Assembly (NCBI GenBank): GCA_965208835.1
Contig: OZ242358.1
Coordinates: forward strand, 1,696,001 to 1,760,000
Reading direction: 5' to 3'
Length of the DNA: 64,000 bases
DNA from: Candidatus Latescibacterota bacterium
GTDB taxonomy: Bacteria > Latescibacterota > UBA2968 > GCA-2709665
The notes under the pieces are model-generated. The model made no database searches, was not told the origin of the DNA, and saw only the letters and a program-made list of their open reading frames with translations. How positions within the stretch are numbered: position 1 is the first letter of the stretch; each line of letters opens with the position of its first letter. Shown here piece after piece: positions 18,403 through 28,737 of this stretch. The position numbers and the translations under genes were made by a program.

Positions 18403-19140
18403 GTGACCCGCGAGGAGATTTTCGACACAGTCCAGTCTCTTGCCGGAGAGAAGGACCTCTACGCCGCCAGCGAGTTTGTACTCGGACTCTGGGATGAGAC
18501 CGAGGTGGCGAAGGTTTTTGAAGACCTCATGCTCGACTGTTATTGGAAGGCGAAGTCGGTGGCGCAGGTGATCCACTTTGCCAACGCGGGCATCCACTAT
18601 TGTCTCGCCCAGGCGTGCGAACGCGATGAGGGCGACAATTCCGCGAGGGAGTTTCGGTTCGCCGCCAAGAGGTTGGCCACCAACGCCGCGTCCTTCACGT
18701 GGATTGGCTGGGACGAACCGGGCGTTGAGATTTCGCCCGATCAGATGCGGCACGGAATCGCCTTCGCGCGGTACGCCGTTCGGCAACTCCACGACCTGGA
18801 CCCGACCGACGCGCAGCTTGCCTTTACATACTGGTATCTCGGCGCGCATCTCATGGCGGAGGGGTCCTACGCGGAGGCGCTGGCGGTGTTTATTACGACG
18901 AAGGATTACAACGAATCGGCCGGCGACAATCCGGACTACCAGACCATGATCGAAGGATACATCGGGATGGCGAAGATCCTGTCGGGCGACGACGAAGCCG
19001 GCGAATCGGAATTCGACGCATCAATCGCCGCGCTGGAAGCCCGCGAAGGCGAAGACGCCGCGTTCTTCGCAAAGCAACTCGTGGACGTTCGGGCATTATT
19101 TGAGAAGCGCAAGTCGGCAGACGCGGAGGCAGGGCGATAA
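18403..19140 (+). CDS. Hypothetical alpha-helical (TPR-like) protein
   Basis: GGGAGG SD before the GTG; acidic, helical, YWYLG.HL...G.Y.EA pattern. Confidence 0.7.
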   Translation: MTREEIFDTVQSLAGEKDLYAASEFVLGLWDETEVAKVFEDLMLDCYWKAKSVAQVIHFANAGIHYCLAQACERDEGDNSAREFRFAAKRLATNAASFTWIGWDEPGVEISPDQMRHGIAFARYAVRQLHDLDPTDAQLAFTYWYLGAHLMAEGSYAEALAVFITTKDYNESAGDNPDYQTMIEGYIGMAKILSGDDEAGESEFDASIAALEAREGEDAAFFAKQLVDVRALFEKRKSADAEAGR

Positions 19141-19180
19141 CGGGCACCTCTCCCATCAGCTGCAGTCGGGGCCGTTTCTC

Positions 19181-19220
19181 ACACAAAGGCACAAAGGCAC
19201 AAAGACACAAAGACGCAGAG
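19181..19220 (+). repeat. Short tandem repeat (CACAAAGR)x4-5
   Basis: acacaaaggcacaaaggcacaaagacacaaagacgcagag. Confidence 0.8.
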
Positions 19221-19297
19221 GGGAAACCAAAAACCCATCACTGTCGCATTTTGCGACAGCTTGCCTAATGCCGGTTGCCTAAACCAGCTTCACGTTG

Positions 19298-19470
19298 TTC
19301 AGCCGCAACCAAATAGACGGAAGTGAACGTCTGAGCCCGTTCGGCGGTGCAATTACTCCCCCGTTGAGGGGGAGTCGCAGAAGCCGAGCCCGTCCCCTGA
19401 GCACTCGCCCTGAGCCTGTCGAAGGGTGTCGAAGGGTCGGCGACGGCTGATGCGATGGGGGGATTTCTAC
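19298..19470. repeat. Composite REP-like repeat cluster, partly repeated in inverted form at 31620-31705
   Basis: ACTCCCCCGTTGAGGGGGAGTCGCAGAAG and CAGCCGCAACCAAATAG both have near reverse complements at 31620 and 31686; also CTGAGCCTGTCGAAGG. Confidence 0.7.
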
Positions 19471-19764
19471 GCCTTGCGGTATGCAAGCAGCATGATTATT
19501 TTTCTACGGATTTTGCATTGAAGTTGCACTGTAAAGATCTACGGATCGGTAATTGAAGACGTAAGAAGACCTCACCGCACCTCGCCGGTCAGGCGTTTAG
19601 GGTTGAATTGAACCGGTATTTTCGCCCAATTGTAGAAAAGCGATTGCACAGTATTATCAGGTTTGATATATTCGCTATCAGGTCCGGATAAAGTCAGTAG
19701 CGCCCGTCCCGATACCTTAAGTGCAAGGACTTTGGTACAACGGATGACTCTCCAGGAGGAACCA

Positions 19765-19950
19765 ATGGCTGCGAGAAATTTAACCGCGGTGATTACAAAA
19801 GAGGATGATTTGTATGTTGCCGATTGTCCGGCATTGGGTACGGTAAGCCAGGGCGCATCTCCGAAAGAAGCGTTGGAGAACCTCAAGGAGGCAACAACAC
19901 TCTACCTTGAAGAAACCGGTGCTACGGTGACGGAGTTTAAGATTGCCTAA
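19765..19950 (+). CDS. hicB: HicB family antitoxin (short, RNase H-like domain only)
   Basis: AGGAGG SD; YVADCPALGTVSQGASPKEALENLKEA..LYLEE. Confidence 0.88.
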   Translation: MAARNLTAVITKEDDLYVADCPALGTVSQGASPKEALENLKEATTLYLEETGATVTEFKIA

Positions 19951-20173
19951 ATTGCCATCGGACAAATCCGGCAACGACGTAATAGCGGCATTGGAAAGAC
20001 TTGGATTCAGTTTTGTGAGGCAAAGTGGAAGCCATGTTGTCCTAAGGCGACTCGATCCGATTAAAAACAGAGTGGCGGTTGTTCCTGCGCACAAACGTCT
20101 GGCGCGCGGCACCATTAGCGGAATTCTCAAACAGGCGGGCATTGATCGGGACGAGTTTCTAAGTGTCATATAA
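19943..20173 (+). CDS. hicA: HicA family toxin (mRNA interferase)
   Basis: LERLGF..VRQSGSHV, VPAHKRLARGTISGILKQAG. Confidence 0.92.
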   Translation: MPKLPSDKSGNDVIAALERLGFSFVRQSGSHVVLRRLDPIKNRVAVVPAHKRLARGTISGILKQAGIDRDEFLSVI

Positions 20174-20495
20174 ACATTTAAAAACGCTACACTTGAGGGT
20201 TTGTCGGCTAGAGCGACAAACCCTTTGGTACGTAGAACCTATACTGCCACGGCATTGGCCGCGAATCCACGACGTGCAAGCGGTACTTTGGCTTGAATCC
20301 ATTCCATCTTGCTGATACGTTGCCAGGTCAGTTAGATCTGTTCCTTTTGACAGTCCTCAGCCGGATTCCTTGAGGCCAATCCTCAATGAGCGACGAATTG
20401 AGCGCGGAAGCCGCCGGAGCATTACTTGGAGCATTTCATCGGCATGCCCTGCTCCGTCCGGCGCGCTCGATCAGGTTCGGAGTCGACCGCACCCC

Positions 20496-22049
20496 ATGAA
20501 CGTCAAGGACCGTCTGCTCCTGTCCGGCCGTAACCTCCTCGGCAGTCTGTCGCGCGACGCCGGCTACCTGCCGTACTGGCACATGGCCGTCGACGGTGAT
20601 CTCCGCGCCATGTACCAGTTCCGGCCCTATTGCACCGGACACAACGTGGGACGCTGGTGGAACGCAATGCTGCGGCTCGAGCACGCCGCCGGCTTTGAGA
20701 TCCCCGTGGAGATCGAAGCGGCGATGCTGGAAAACAGCCGACGCCTGTGCGACAACGCCAGCGGCATCTTCCTCGAGGACGTCGACCCCCGGGATCCGGC
20801 AACCTGGTACATCCACTCCTACCGCGAGACCATGCTGTCCTTCGGACTGCTTGTCGAATGCCGCGGCAGCGGCCGTGCCGCCGTGTGGGGCCGCCGGGCG
20901 ATCGAGGGGATGAGCCGCGCCAGCCGGGACGTGATGGTGTGGCGTTTCTCGTTCGACGGCGGACCTGCCCGCGCGAAGCATGGCAACAGCGCCTCCCCGG
21001 CCTACACCCACGGCCGCGCCATCGAGGGCCTGCTCTGTTTTCACGCGGCCACCGGCGAGCCCGCCGCCCTCGAGGAAGCGGAGCGGCTGGCCGATTTCCA
21101 CTTTGGATACCTGCTGAACGCGGACGGCAGCCTCGCGGCGGGCTGCGGCCATCACACCCACTCGTACCTCAACACCCTCCGCGGCCTGCTGATGCTGGCC
21201 GCGCTCCAGGAATCGCGCGAACGCCAGGAGCTGATCTACAAGACCTACCGGGAGGCGGTAACCGGAATGATCACCCGCTCGGGGTTCGTCACCCACGACA
21301 TCGGCGACCGCTACGGCGGCGACATCGCCTCGGCCGGGGACATCGCCCACATCGCCCTGTTGCTGTGGGACATATACGCCGACCCCGGACTGCTCGACGA
21401 TGCCGAGCGCATCGCGCGGGCCCGTCTGTTTCCGGCGCAGGTGCGGGAACCGGTTCCGATCCGGCCTGCCGAAGCAGCCGACGCCCGCGACTGCTACCGC
21501 AACTTATCCAACCGCTTCGTGGGCGCCATTGGCGGCTCGGTAGGCCACGTCAGGGGCCAGACCTGCGTCACTGATTTCACCGCCTCTGCCCTGCACAGCC
21601 TTATCGAGCTCTGGACCCGGACCGTCGACGTCGAGGAAGAGTTCGTCCGCGTCAACTTCCATTTCGACTACGAACTGCCGGAGGTGAGGGTGAGGGCGGA
21701 ACGCAGCGAAAGCGGGGCCCGGGTCACCGTTGTCAACCGAACCGGAAAGGAGCTTCGCCTGCGTTATCCGGGCTGGGCGGATGAGGAGACCTGCTCGGTG
21801 ACCGTCGACGGGCGGCCTGTCGAGGCAACGGTGGAGAACGGGTTCGTGGTGGTGGCGCAGGGCGAAGGGGCGGCGACCAGCGAACTGCGCTTCGCCCTGC
21901 CCGAGTACGAGGAGGACGAACTGTCACGGGACGCGTCCGCCGAAGAAGACACGGTGACCTTTCGCTGGCGCGGCGACGAGATCGCAGACGTCAGCAGCGG
22001 CGGGCCCTACATGGAGCCGCATCCGGCATTGTGCCGGTCGCTGCTGTAG
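20496..22049 (+). CDS. Hypothetical protein, possible (alpha/alpha)6-barrel glycosidase-like (GH127-like)
   Basis: Patterns HNVGRW, GRAIEGL, GHHTHS, LDDAERIARA, C-terminal LRLRYPGWA beta domain. Confidence 0.55.
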   Translation: MNVKDRLLLSGRNLLGSLSRDAGYLPYWHMAVDGDLRAMYQFRPYCTGHNVGRWWNAMLRLEHAAGFEIPVEIEAAMLENSRRLCDNASGIFLEDVDPRDPATWYIHSYRETMLSFGLLVECRGSGRAAVWGRRAIEGMSRASRDVMVWRFSFDGGPARAKHGNSASPAYTHGRAIEGLLCFHAATGEPAALEEAERLADFHFGYLLNADGSLAAGCGHHTHSYLNTLRGLLMLAALQESRERQELIYKTYREAVTGMITRSGFVTHDIGDRYGGDIASAGDIAHIALLLWDIYADPGLLDDAERIARARLFPAQVREPVPIRPAEAADARDCYRNLSNRFVGAIGGSVGHVRGQTCVTDFTASALHSLIELWTRTVDVEEEFVRVNFHFDYELPEVRVRAERSESGARVTVVNRTGKELRLRYPGWADEETCSVTVDGRPVEATVENGFVVVAQGEGAATSELRFALPEYEEDELSRDASAEEDTVTFRWRGDEIADVSSGGPYMEPHPALCRSLL

Positions 22050-22114
22050 GAAGGTTGCCGGCACATTGTGGATGGAAAAGACGGGTCCTTACCCGATACA
22101 GGAATCTAACTTCA

Positions 22115-25100
22115 TCATTCAGCCGTTAACGATTTTTCGGCTTCTGCCGCCGCATCCCGCACTGCGCCTTCCAGGTCTTCCAGCCTGACCTCGCGTTTGG
22201 GTTGGAGGAAGACGAACACGACTTCCTTGATATCTTTGCCCGTGGCCGACCGGATGGCGTGGGCGTAGGCGCCACCCTGGAGGCGATAGTCCTCCTTGAG
22301 GGGGCCGGATGCCTCCGCCGGAATGACGGAATCGGTCTTGAAATCCACCACCACAAGGTCGCCCTCTTCTTCGAACAAAAGATCGATGAAGCCGTGCAGG
22401 GAGCCATCGCCGATTGCGACCGCTACGGGTACCTCGCGCCAGAAACGGCCTGTACCCACGGCCCGTCTCACGACGTCGCTCTGTACGGCAACGCGAGACA
22501 GCCGGGCGATCTCATCGTGGCGGCCGGGTATGCCCTCCGCGGCGGCTTGAGCCCGGGCACGATCAACAATATCGGCGCCCGTATCAAGGTCGATCGCCTG
22601 AAGCACGGCGTGTACCGCCCGGCCCACCGACGTTCCCGCGCGTCCTCGGCGCCAGGGTTCCCGAGATTCGGGTTCCTCCTCTTCCTCCCTCGAATCGCTT
22701 CCCAACGACGTCGCCGATACGGACGAACGACGACCCACATCCGCGAACAACGCCTCGCGTTTCGTCAACCACGTGTTACGCGCCGCGACGGAGTGATCTA
22801 CGGCATCTCCAGGGTCCGTCGCGTCGCCAGGCGCCGCATCCTGAAGAAGCGTTTCAACGGGACCATCCACGCAGACGGATTCCCAAAGCTCCGGTGCTTC
22901 TGCCAGGTGCCTGGATATTGCGCCCGCCGGGGACTTCGCGCCGCCTTTCGCCCGCCGTCGCAGGCTCAGCACGAGGTGGTCGCGGGCGCGGGTGGCGGCC
23001 ACGTACATCAGACGGATATATTCCGCGTCGGACATCCTTTTCTCGGTCTCGGCGAGTTTTTCGAACCCATCGGTGACAAAACCGAGTGCTTTTGGGCCAA
23101 GTCTCACTTCGACGGCGCCCGAGTCGCGGTCGACGAGCACAGCGTCGGTCGCGCCTCTTCTCTCTGAATTGATCCCCGTCAGAATGATCACGGGAAACTC
23201 GAGACCCTTGGCGGCGTGAACGGTCATGACCCTTACGGCCTGTTCATCCGATTCCGGCACCGGAGTCTCCGTGACGCGGGCCCGTTCGTTCATCTGATCC
23301 TCCACCCACGCCAGAAAGGCCCGAAGCGACGTTCCCCCGGCCTCGGCGAACTGGCGCGCCCGTTCCACCAGAAAACGGTATCTGCGCCACTGCTCACGCA
23401 TGCGAGGATGCCCGGTCGCCGCTTCCATCAGTCCGCGGTTCCGGACAAATCGGTCGATGAAACTGCCGGGCGATTCCCAAAGACGCTTGCCATGGTAGGC
23501 GCTGAGTTCGCCGAGAGCGTCTGACACCGGGCCGGCGCCGCGAACGTTGCGTGACTGCAGATAATCGATTCCACCCCCGGCTTCAAAGTGCCTGAGCAGA
23601 TCGACATCGCTGCATCCGAAAGCCGGCGAACGGAGCGCCGCGACAACGGCGACCTGATCGCCGGGATCGTCGATGGCCCTGAGGCAATTCAACAGGTCGC
23701 GTATTTCCTGCGTTTCGAATATGAGCGACGCACTCTCCAGGCGGTAAGGGATTCCCGCGGCTTCAAGGCCCCTTTCCAATATCGAAACGCCGGTACGGCC
23801 GGGCATCAGAATGCAGACGTCGGAATACGCGACCGGTGCGTAGGTCTCTCTTCGGTTGGCCTCTGTAGACTGACTGTCCAGTTTCTGCCATTTGTCTTCT
23901 GTCATTCGATGAATCAGCGCGGCGATTTCCGTCGCTTCCATTTTGCGGATCCCGGCGATGTCGCCTTCCACCGCCTCGTCGGACAGCGCCCATACCTCTG
24001 GGCCGATGCCCGACGCCGGTCCACCGATCCAGCGCGGCGCCATGTCTTCATACCCTGCCTGGTAGTATCCCTCCGCTTTGGCTCGTTCCCGGTCCTGCCC
24101 CATCCATTGCCCAAAGAGACAGTTGACCCAGGTAACGAGCTTCCGGTGCGATCGGAAATTCTGCGACAGGTTGACCGTGCGGCCGCCCACAAGCGCCATC
24201 CGTTTCTTCACCCGTTCCATTTGAGCCACGTCGGCCCGGCGAAACCGGTAGATCGACTGCTTGGGATCGCCTACGGCGAATATCGCGCCACTCCTGGGTT
24301 CCACCTGGTCCCATGCTCGGGGACGGGCATCGTCCGTACATCCCGGCGGTACGTCTTCGCAAAGGAACATGGCGATTTCGGCCTGTATCGGATCGGTGTC
24401 CTGGACTTCGTCGATGAGCACGTGCGTAAAGCGCCCTCGAAAGTGGTCCCGCACCGGGACATTGTCGCGGAGCAGGTCGCGAGCCCAGACCAGCAGGTCG
24501 TGGAATTCCGCCCGGCCTTCGGATCGCCTCTTCCCGGCGTAATCCAGAGCGAACTGCCGTACCCCCGCGAGAATCGGATTCAAGACAACGCGTCGGACAA
24601 GATTCAATTCAGTTTCTGTAGCAGCGTGCAACTCATTGAGGTGTTCCTTGAGAACTTTACAGGCGTTGGTTCCCGTCTCAGGGTCGACGCGCCAATCCTT
24701 CTGGCTGCCCCTGCCGCATTTCAGCGGCAGCATCTGACCGAGCAGATGGTAGGCGATGGGCGATCCCGGATCGGCTTCCGCGAGCCTGCGTACGGCTCCC
24801 GACCTGCTCTGAACGTGGAGATACAACGTGTCGTCGTCGCCGGATTTCGAGTACTGGCAGAGACGTTCCAGTTCCGGCCACGTCTTCAAGAGCGTCTCAA
24901 CCGCTTTGCCGTCCGCGCGAGGCGAAAAATCGAAGCTTTTTCCGCGAATGTCGGCGTAGTTTTCGTGAAATTCCCTGGCGGTGCTTCGCAGATGGTCAAG
25001 GGTCATGCCCAGCGTGAGGGCCAGCGCGAGGTGAGGCGCGAGAATCGAGTCTTCCTCCAGCATGACGTCGATCCAGTGTTCCCATGCTTCATTGAACCGA

Positions 25101-25549
25101 ATTCCCGCGGTGATGTCATCCGTCGTTTCGAAGCCCGGCGGCAAACCCGCTTCCAGCGGCCTTTCGTGGAGCAGCGTCGCGGCGAATGAATGCAGCGTCT
25201 GTATGGCGGCCTGGTCCAGATCCTTGATTCCATCGACACAGCGTGTACGGTCGTCCTCGCAACGGGTTGCATCGGCGGCCGCCTCCTCCAATCCCTGGCG
25301 CACCCGGTCCCGTAACTCCGACGCAGCCGCTTCGGTGAAGGTTATGGCTGCAGTCCGGTCCAGCGTCGCCTCTCCCGTTGCGACCAGGTTCACGACCCGT
25401 TTCACGAGGCTAGTCGTCTTGCCGGTACCGGCGCTGGCTTCGACGAACAGCGTTCCCTCCAGGTCCTCTTCGATGATGCGGCGGGAACATGCGTCAGCAG
25501 GTCTGAACTGCGTCTGGACGTTACCTGAACGGGTCGGTTGAGCCGTCAT
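22115..25549 (-). CDS. addA: AddA-like UvrD helicase/PD-(D/E)XK nuclease
   Basis: VEASAGTGKT, AITFTEAAASELRDR, IDEVQDTDPIQ, VGDPKQSIYRFR, QNFRS, MTVHAAKGLEF, YVAATRA, GFIDLL..VVDFKT. Confidence 0.9.
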   Translation of the reverse strand: MTAQPTRSGNVQTQFRPADACSRRIIEEDLEGTLFVEASAGTGKTTSLVKRVVNLVATGEATLDRTAAITFTEAAASELRDRVRQGLEEAAADATRCEDDRTRCVDGIKDLDQAAIQTLHSFAATLLHERPLEAGLPPGFETTDDITAGIRFNEAWEHWIDVMLEEDSILAPHLALALTLGMTLDHLRSTAREFHENYADIRGKSFDFSPRADGKAVETLLKTWPELERLCQYSKSGDDDTLYLHVQSRSGAVRRLAEADPGSPIAYHLLGQMLPLKCGRGSQKDWRVDPETGTNACKVLKEHLNELHAATETELNLVRRVVLNPILAGVRQFALDYAGKRRSEGRAEFHDLLVWARDLLRDNVPVRDHFRGRFTHVLIDEVQDTDPIQAEIAMFLCEDVPPGCTDDARPRAWDQVEPRSGAIFAVGDPKQSIYRFRRADVAQMERVKKRMALVGGRTVNLSQNFRSHRKLVTWVNCLFGQWMGQDRERAKAEGYYQAGYEDMAPRWIGGPASGIGPEVWALSDEAVEGDIAGIRKMEATEIAALIHRMTEDKWQKLDSQSTEANRRETYAPVAYSDVCILMPGRTGVSILERGLEAAGIPYRLESASLIFETQEIRDLLNCLRAIDDPGDQVAVVAALRSPAFGCSDVDLLRHFEAGGGIDYLQSRNVRGAGPVSDALGELSAYHGKRLWESPGSFIDRFVRNRGLMEAATGHPRMREQWRRYRFLVERARQFAEAGGTSLRAFLAWVEDQMNERARVTETPVPESDEQAVRVMTVHAAKGLEFPVIILTGINSERRGATDAVLVDRDSGAVEVRLGPKALGFVTDGFEKLAETEKRMSDAEYIRLMYVAATRARDHLVLSLRRRAKGGAKSPAGAISRHLAEAPELWESVCVDGPVETLLQDAAPGDATDPGDAVDHSVAARNTWLTKREALFADVGRRSSVSATSLGSDSREEEEEPESREPWRRGRAGTSVGRAVHAVLQAIDLDTGADIVDRARAQAAAEGIPGRHDEIARLSRVAVQSDVVRRAVGTGRFWREVPVAVAIGDGSLHGFIDLLFEEEGDLVVVDFKTDSVIPAEASGPLKEDYRLQGGAYAHAIRSATGKDIKEVVFVFLQPKREVRLEDLEGAVRDAAAEAEKSLTAE

Positions 25550-28500
25550 TCGGGTTCCTCCACGTCGTTCGCGAGCGAACGGTAGCCGGATAGCAGCGAA
25601 TCCACCTTCTTGCGCTCCCAGATTTCGGTCCTTCTGGCCGCACACAGGGAATCGAAATCGCAGAACCTGCAGTTTTCCGGGCCGCCGAACCCGTCCGGTC
25701 CCGGATTGGCGGGAAACACGCCGCCCTGAATGCCCGATACAATCGTTGACAACGCTGCCTGGAACCGTGCCCGCACCGCGTCGTCCTGCGCGTCGGCGTC
25801 TTCAGGAGGGTGAAAAGCGAAACCGCCGCGGGTGGTCGTGAACCAGTAAGCGGCCCTGATTTCGCCGGCGTCGGCGACGAGCTGCCGGGCGGCCAGGGAG
25901 TACACGCCCAGCTGGAGTCGCCTTCCCCCGTCGATCGGGTCATTGTTCAACCCTTCGTACTGTCTGGCGCCGCCGGTCTTGTAGTCGATCACGAGGACAG
26001 AGCGCGATGCCGGGTTGACGTCGACCCGGTCGATGTACCCGCGAAATCGCACTCCGGTCCGGGGTTCTTTCACCTCCGGCGCGCCGCCGTGACCGAAACC
26101 CGCTTCGATCAGAATGTGACCGGTGCCCCAACGAGTCCGGAGTTTCGCATCCTCTTCGATGAAGGTTTCCAGGTCGGCCCGGATGTCCTGCTTTTCCAGG
26201 TTCCAGATCAGAGGTTTTCCCGTAACCCCTCGCGACTCGGCGAGAGCGAACTCCTCTTCCGCGATCCGAAACAACCTCCGGCGCGACGGGTCGCTCCATT
26301 CCGCACCCGGCGGCGGCAGCTTGTTTTCCTCATTGACTTCCGTCATGAACCGCTCCAGTATCCGGTGTATCAGCGAACCGCGTTCCAGTGGGGTAATGGA
26401 GGTCGTTTCTTCCGGCGCTTCGAGCGCGCTGAGTCTCAACACGTGGCCAAGGAAGTAGCTGAATGGACACCTGGCCCAACTTTCCAGGCGCGTGGCTGAG
26501 ACCGGCGCCCGGCGGAGTCCCTGCAGAAAGCCCGCTTCTCGCGCGACAGAGGACACATTGCCGTCGAACGCAGTCAACGTGCTCCGGTTCCGGTGCCGCG
26601 TCAACGACGCGGCGCGGGCGAGGGTTCCGTCACCGGCGAAGGGATGGTCGAGAAGCGCGAGTTCGGCCCGCCTCCACCGCAGGAGCCGGTGCAGATTATA
26701 GTCGTGCAGGTCGGCCGTGGACGCGCCACCGATTGTGACCAGTGCCTGTTCGGCCGACTCGTCGGCGGTCAGCCACTTCCGACCCCGCAGCCGGCCCAGA
26801 CCGCTTGCGTGGACTGGCGAGCGCTCCATGATCGATGCCTGTTCGAGGAACCAGCGCGAGGGAAATGCTTCCCGCTGTGATGCCGGGTCGGCCACCGGGT
26901 ACGACAACTCACGGTGGGTGGACGCAGTCGCAGCGGCCAGGTAGTCGTAGCGTTCCTCTGCGACCCGTTGATTCAGTCGCGAGTGTCCCCCGGCGGCGTG
27001 CCAGTCCGATTCCGGCAGCAGGGGGTCGGCGCGAAACGGCGGCGGCATCCCGCCCTCGATCATGCCCACCATCCAGACTCTTTCGAAGCGCATACCGGCT
27101 GCGCCGCGGACCCGGGACACGAACACGCCCGTACCCGTCGTGCCGTGATGTCCGATGGGCGCCCGAAGGGAATCTTCTACGGTCTGCCTGAATTCGTCCA
27201 GCGTGGTCCCCGCGCGGATGCTGTCCGCGGCTTTAAGTTCCTCGATAGCACGGCGGATCTTTTCAAGGGCAGTCTTCTCGACGTCGGGAACGTCGCGGTC
27301 AAGGTAGCGATCAAGAAGATCAATTGACCACTTGCAGAACCCACTCCAGGGACTGCCGTTCTCCGGCGGCTCGACGTCCGCCCCCAGTTTTTCGACGAAG
27401 GACAACACCTGGCGCGCGGCGGCAGCCTCGGACCTCATGCGCTCGGCGCGGGCTTCGGTAATTTCCTCCCTGGCAGCCAGTCGCGCGGCTGCGTCGGTGA
27501 GTCGCACCGCGTAATGGTTCAGACGGTCTCGCCACTGCTCTGCACCCCGGACGATTCCCGCCTTTCGGGTGAGGGCGTCCCACCGGCTGGGGTTGAAGCC
27601 GCCCACGCCCGCGCCGGCGGGGCGGACGGGACAGCCCGTCAGCCACGCCATGACGTCTTCACGCCGCATGTCGCTTCCGGACATCGCAAGCAGTCCGAAC
27701 AGCGTACGCCCGGCGGCGGAGTCGGCCAGCATCGACCTGTCCGGCCCCGCAACCGGGATCCCGGCCATGCGCATTTCATCCAGGACGAGCGTGGCGTACG
27801 GGTTGTCCATCCGGTAAAGAACGGCCATCCGGTGGAAGGGAACGCCACCTTCCTCTGCATTGCGGACGATTCGCCGAATCACCCACCTTAGTTCCTCGTG
27901 GGCATTGGGCGCGATATGCATTCGGGCATTGCGGGACAAAAGCGGCATTTCGGCGTCGTCCTGAACGGCAGGAACGGGCTCACCAAGCACGGGTACGAGC
28001 TCTTTTTTCAGTATGTCGACGGGTCTGTCGGCAATCGCGTCGCCCGTCATTCCGAGGAGTACGTAGCATCGACGTTGTTCTGCAAGAACCTGCACAAGCT
28101 TCGTCTCCGACGGACTGGCGTCACGCGGAAGAAAGAACACGATCGTACCAAGGTCATCCAGGCCGGAGATTTCGCCGTGAGTGACGACTTCCGCAGCTGC
28201 TTGCGCCAGGTCTTCCGAATCGTACCACTCGCTACGGGTGTTTCGGCGAAACTCGCGAAACAACCGGACAACTTCGCCGCACAGGCGACCCTTTTCCTGC
28301 AAGCTGGCGAGCACGTCTTCGGCGACCCGCCTCAGTTCGTAGAATGAACGTCTCACGCTTGCCTGTGTTGCAGGGTGTTCACTGACATCCTTCAGAATAT
28401 CGCCGGCCCTGGCCAGCGCATCGCGGACCATGACCCCTTCCAGGACTGCCGGAAGTGGCTTGCGGCGCGCCCGCGCGAGGGCCGCCGCTCCAAGTAGCTC

Positions 28501-28737
28501 CGACAATACCGGCATGACGACAAACCGGACGTTGACGAAACTGCTGCGCCCCAACTCCTGGCGAAGGCTGAGGTTCACGTAGCTCGACGGACCGACCACT
28601 GTAACTGGAGCCAGCACATCACCGCCCTTCGCTTCTCGAACCAACCTCCAGAGCGCTTTTCTCAACTTGGGCGAATGCCGGCACGTGATCAGTCTGCCGG
28701 GATTCGGTGGTGTCGTGTCCTTTGAGTCTGTTTGCAA
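25546..28737 (-). CDS. addB: AddB-like inactive helicase/PD-(D/E)XK nuclease with Fe-S cluster
   Basis: SATRLESWARCPFSYF, GSLIH, RGYIDRVD..VIDYKTG, QL..Y, CRFCDFDSLC; stop overlaps the addA start. Confidence 0.85.
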   Translation of the reverse strand: MQTDSKDTTPPNPGRLITCRHSPKLRKALWRLVREAKGGDVLAPVTVVGPSSYVNLSLRQELGRSSFVNVRFVVMPVLSELLGAAALARARRKPLPAVLEGVMVRDALARAGDILKDVSEHPATQASVRRSFYELRRVAEDVLASLQEKGRLCGEVVRLFREFRRNTRSEWYDSEDLAQAAAEVVTHGEISGLDDLGTIVFFLPRDASPSETKLVQVLAEQRRCYVLLGMTGDAIADRPVDILKKELVPVLGEPVPAVQDDAEMPLLSRNARMHIAPNAHEELRWVIRRIVRNAEEGGVPFHRMAVLYRMDNPYATLVLDEMRMAGIPVAGPDRSMLADSAAGRTLFGLLAMSGSDMRREDVMAWLTGCPVRPAGAGVGGFNPSRWDALTRKAGIVRGAEQWRDRLNHYAVRLTDAAARLAAREEITEARAERMRSEAAAARQVLSFVEKLGADVEPPENGSPWSGFCKWSIDLLDRYLDRDVPDVEKTALEKIRRAIEELKAADSIRAGTTLDEFRQTVEDSLRAPIGHHGTTGTGVFVSRVRGAAGMRFERVWMVGMIEGGMPPPFRADPLLPESDWHAAGGHSRLNQRVAEERYDYLAAATASTHRELSYPVADPASQREAFPSRWFLEQASIMERSPVHASGLGRLRGRKWLTADESAEQALVTIGGASTADLHDYNLHRLLRWRRAELALLDHPFAGDGTLARAASLTRHRNRSTLTAFDGNVSSVAREAGFLQGLRRAPVSATRLESWARCPFSYFLGHVLRLSALEAPEETTSITPLERGSLIHRILERFMTEVNEENKLPPPGAEWSDPSRRRLFRIAEEEFALAESRGVTGKPLIWNLEKQDIRADLETFIEEDAKLRTRWGTGHILIEAGFGHGGAPEVKEPRTGVRFRGYIDRVDVNPASRSVLVIDYKTGGARQYEGLNNDPIDGGRRLQLGVYSLAARQLVADAGEIRAAYWFTTTRGGFAFHPPEDADAQDDAVRARFQAALSTIVSGIQGGVFPANPGPDGFGGPENCRFCDFDSLCAARRTEIWERKKVDSLLSGYRSLANDVEEPE

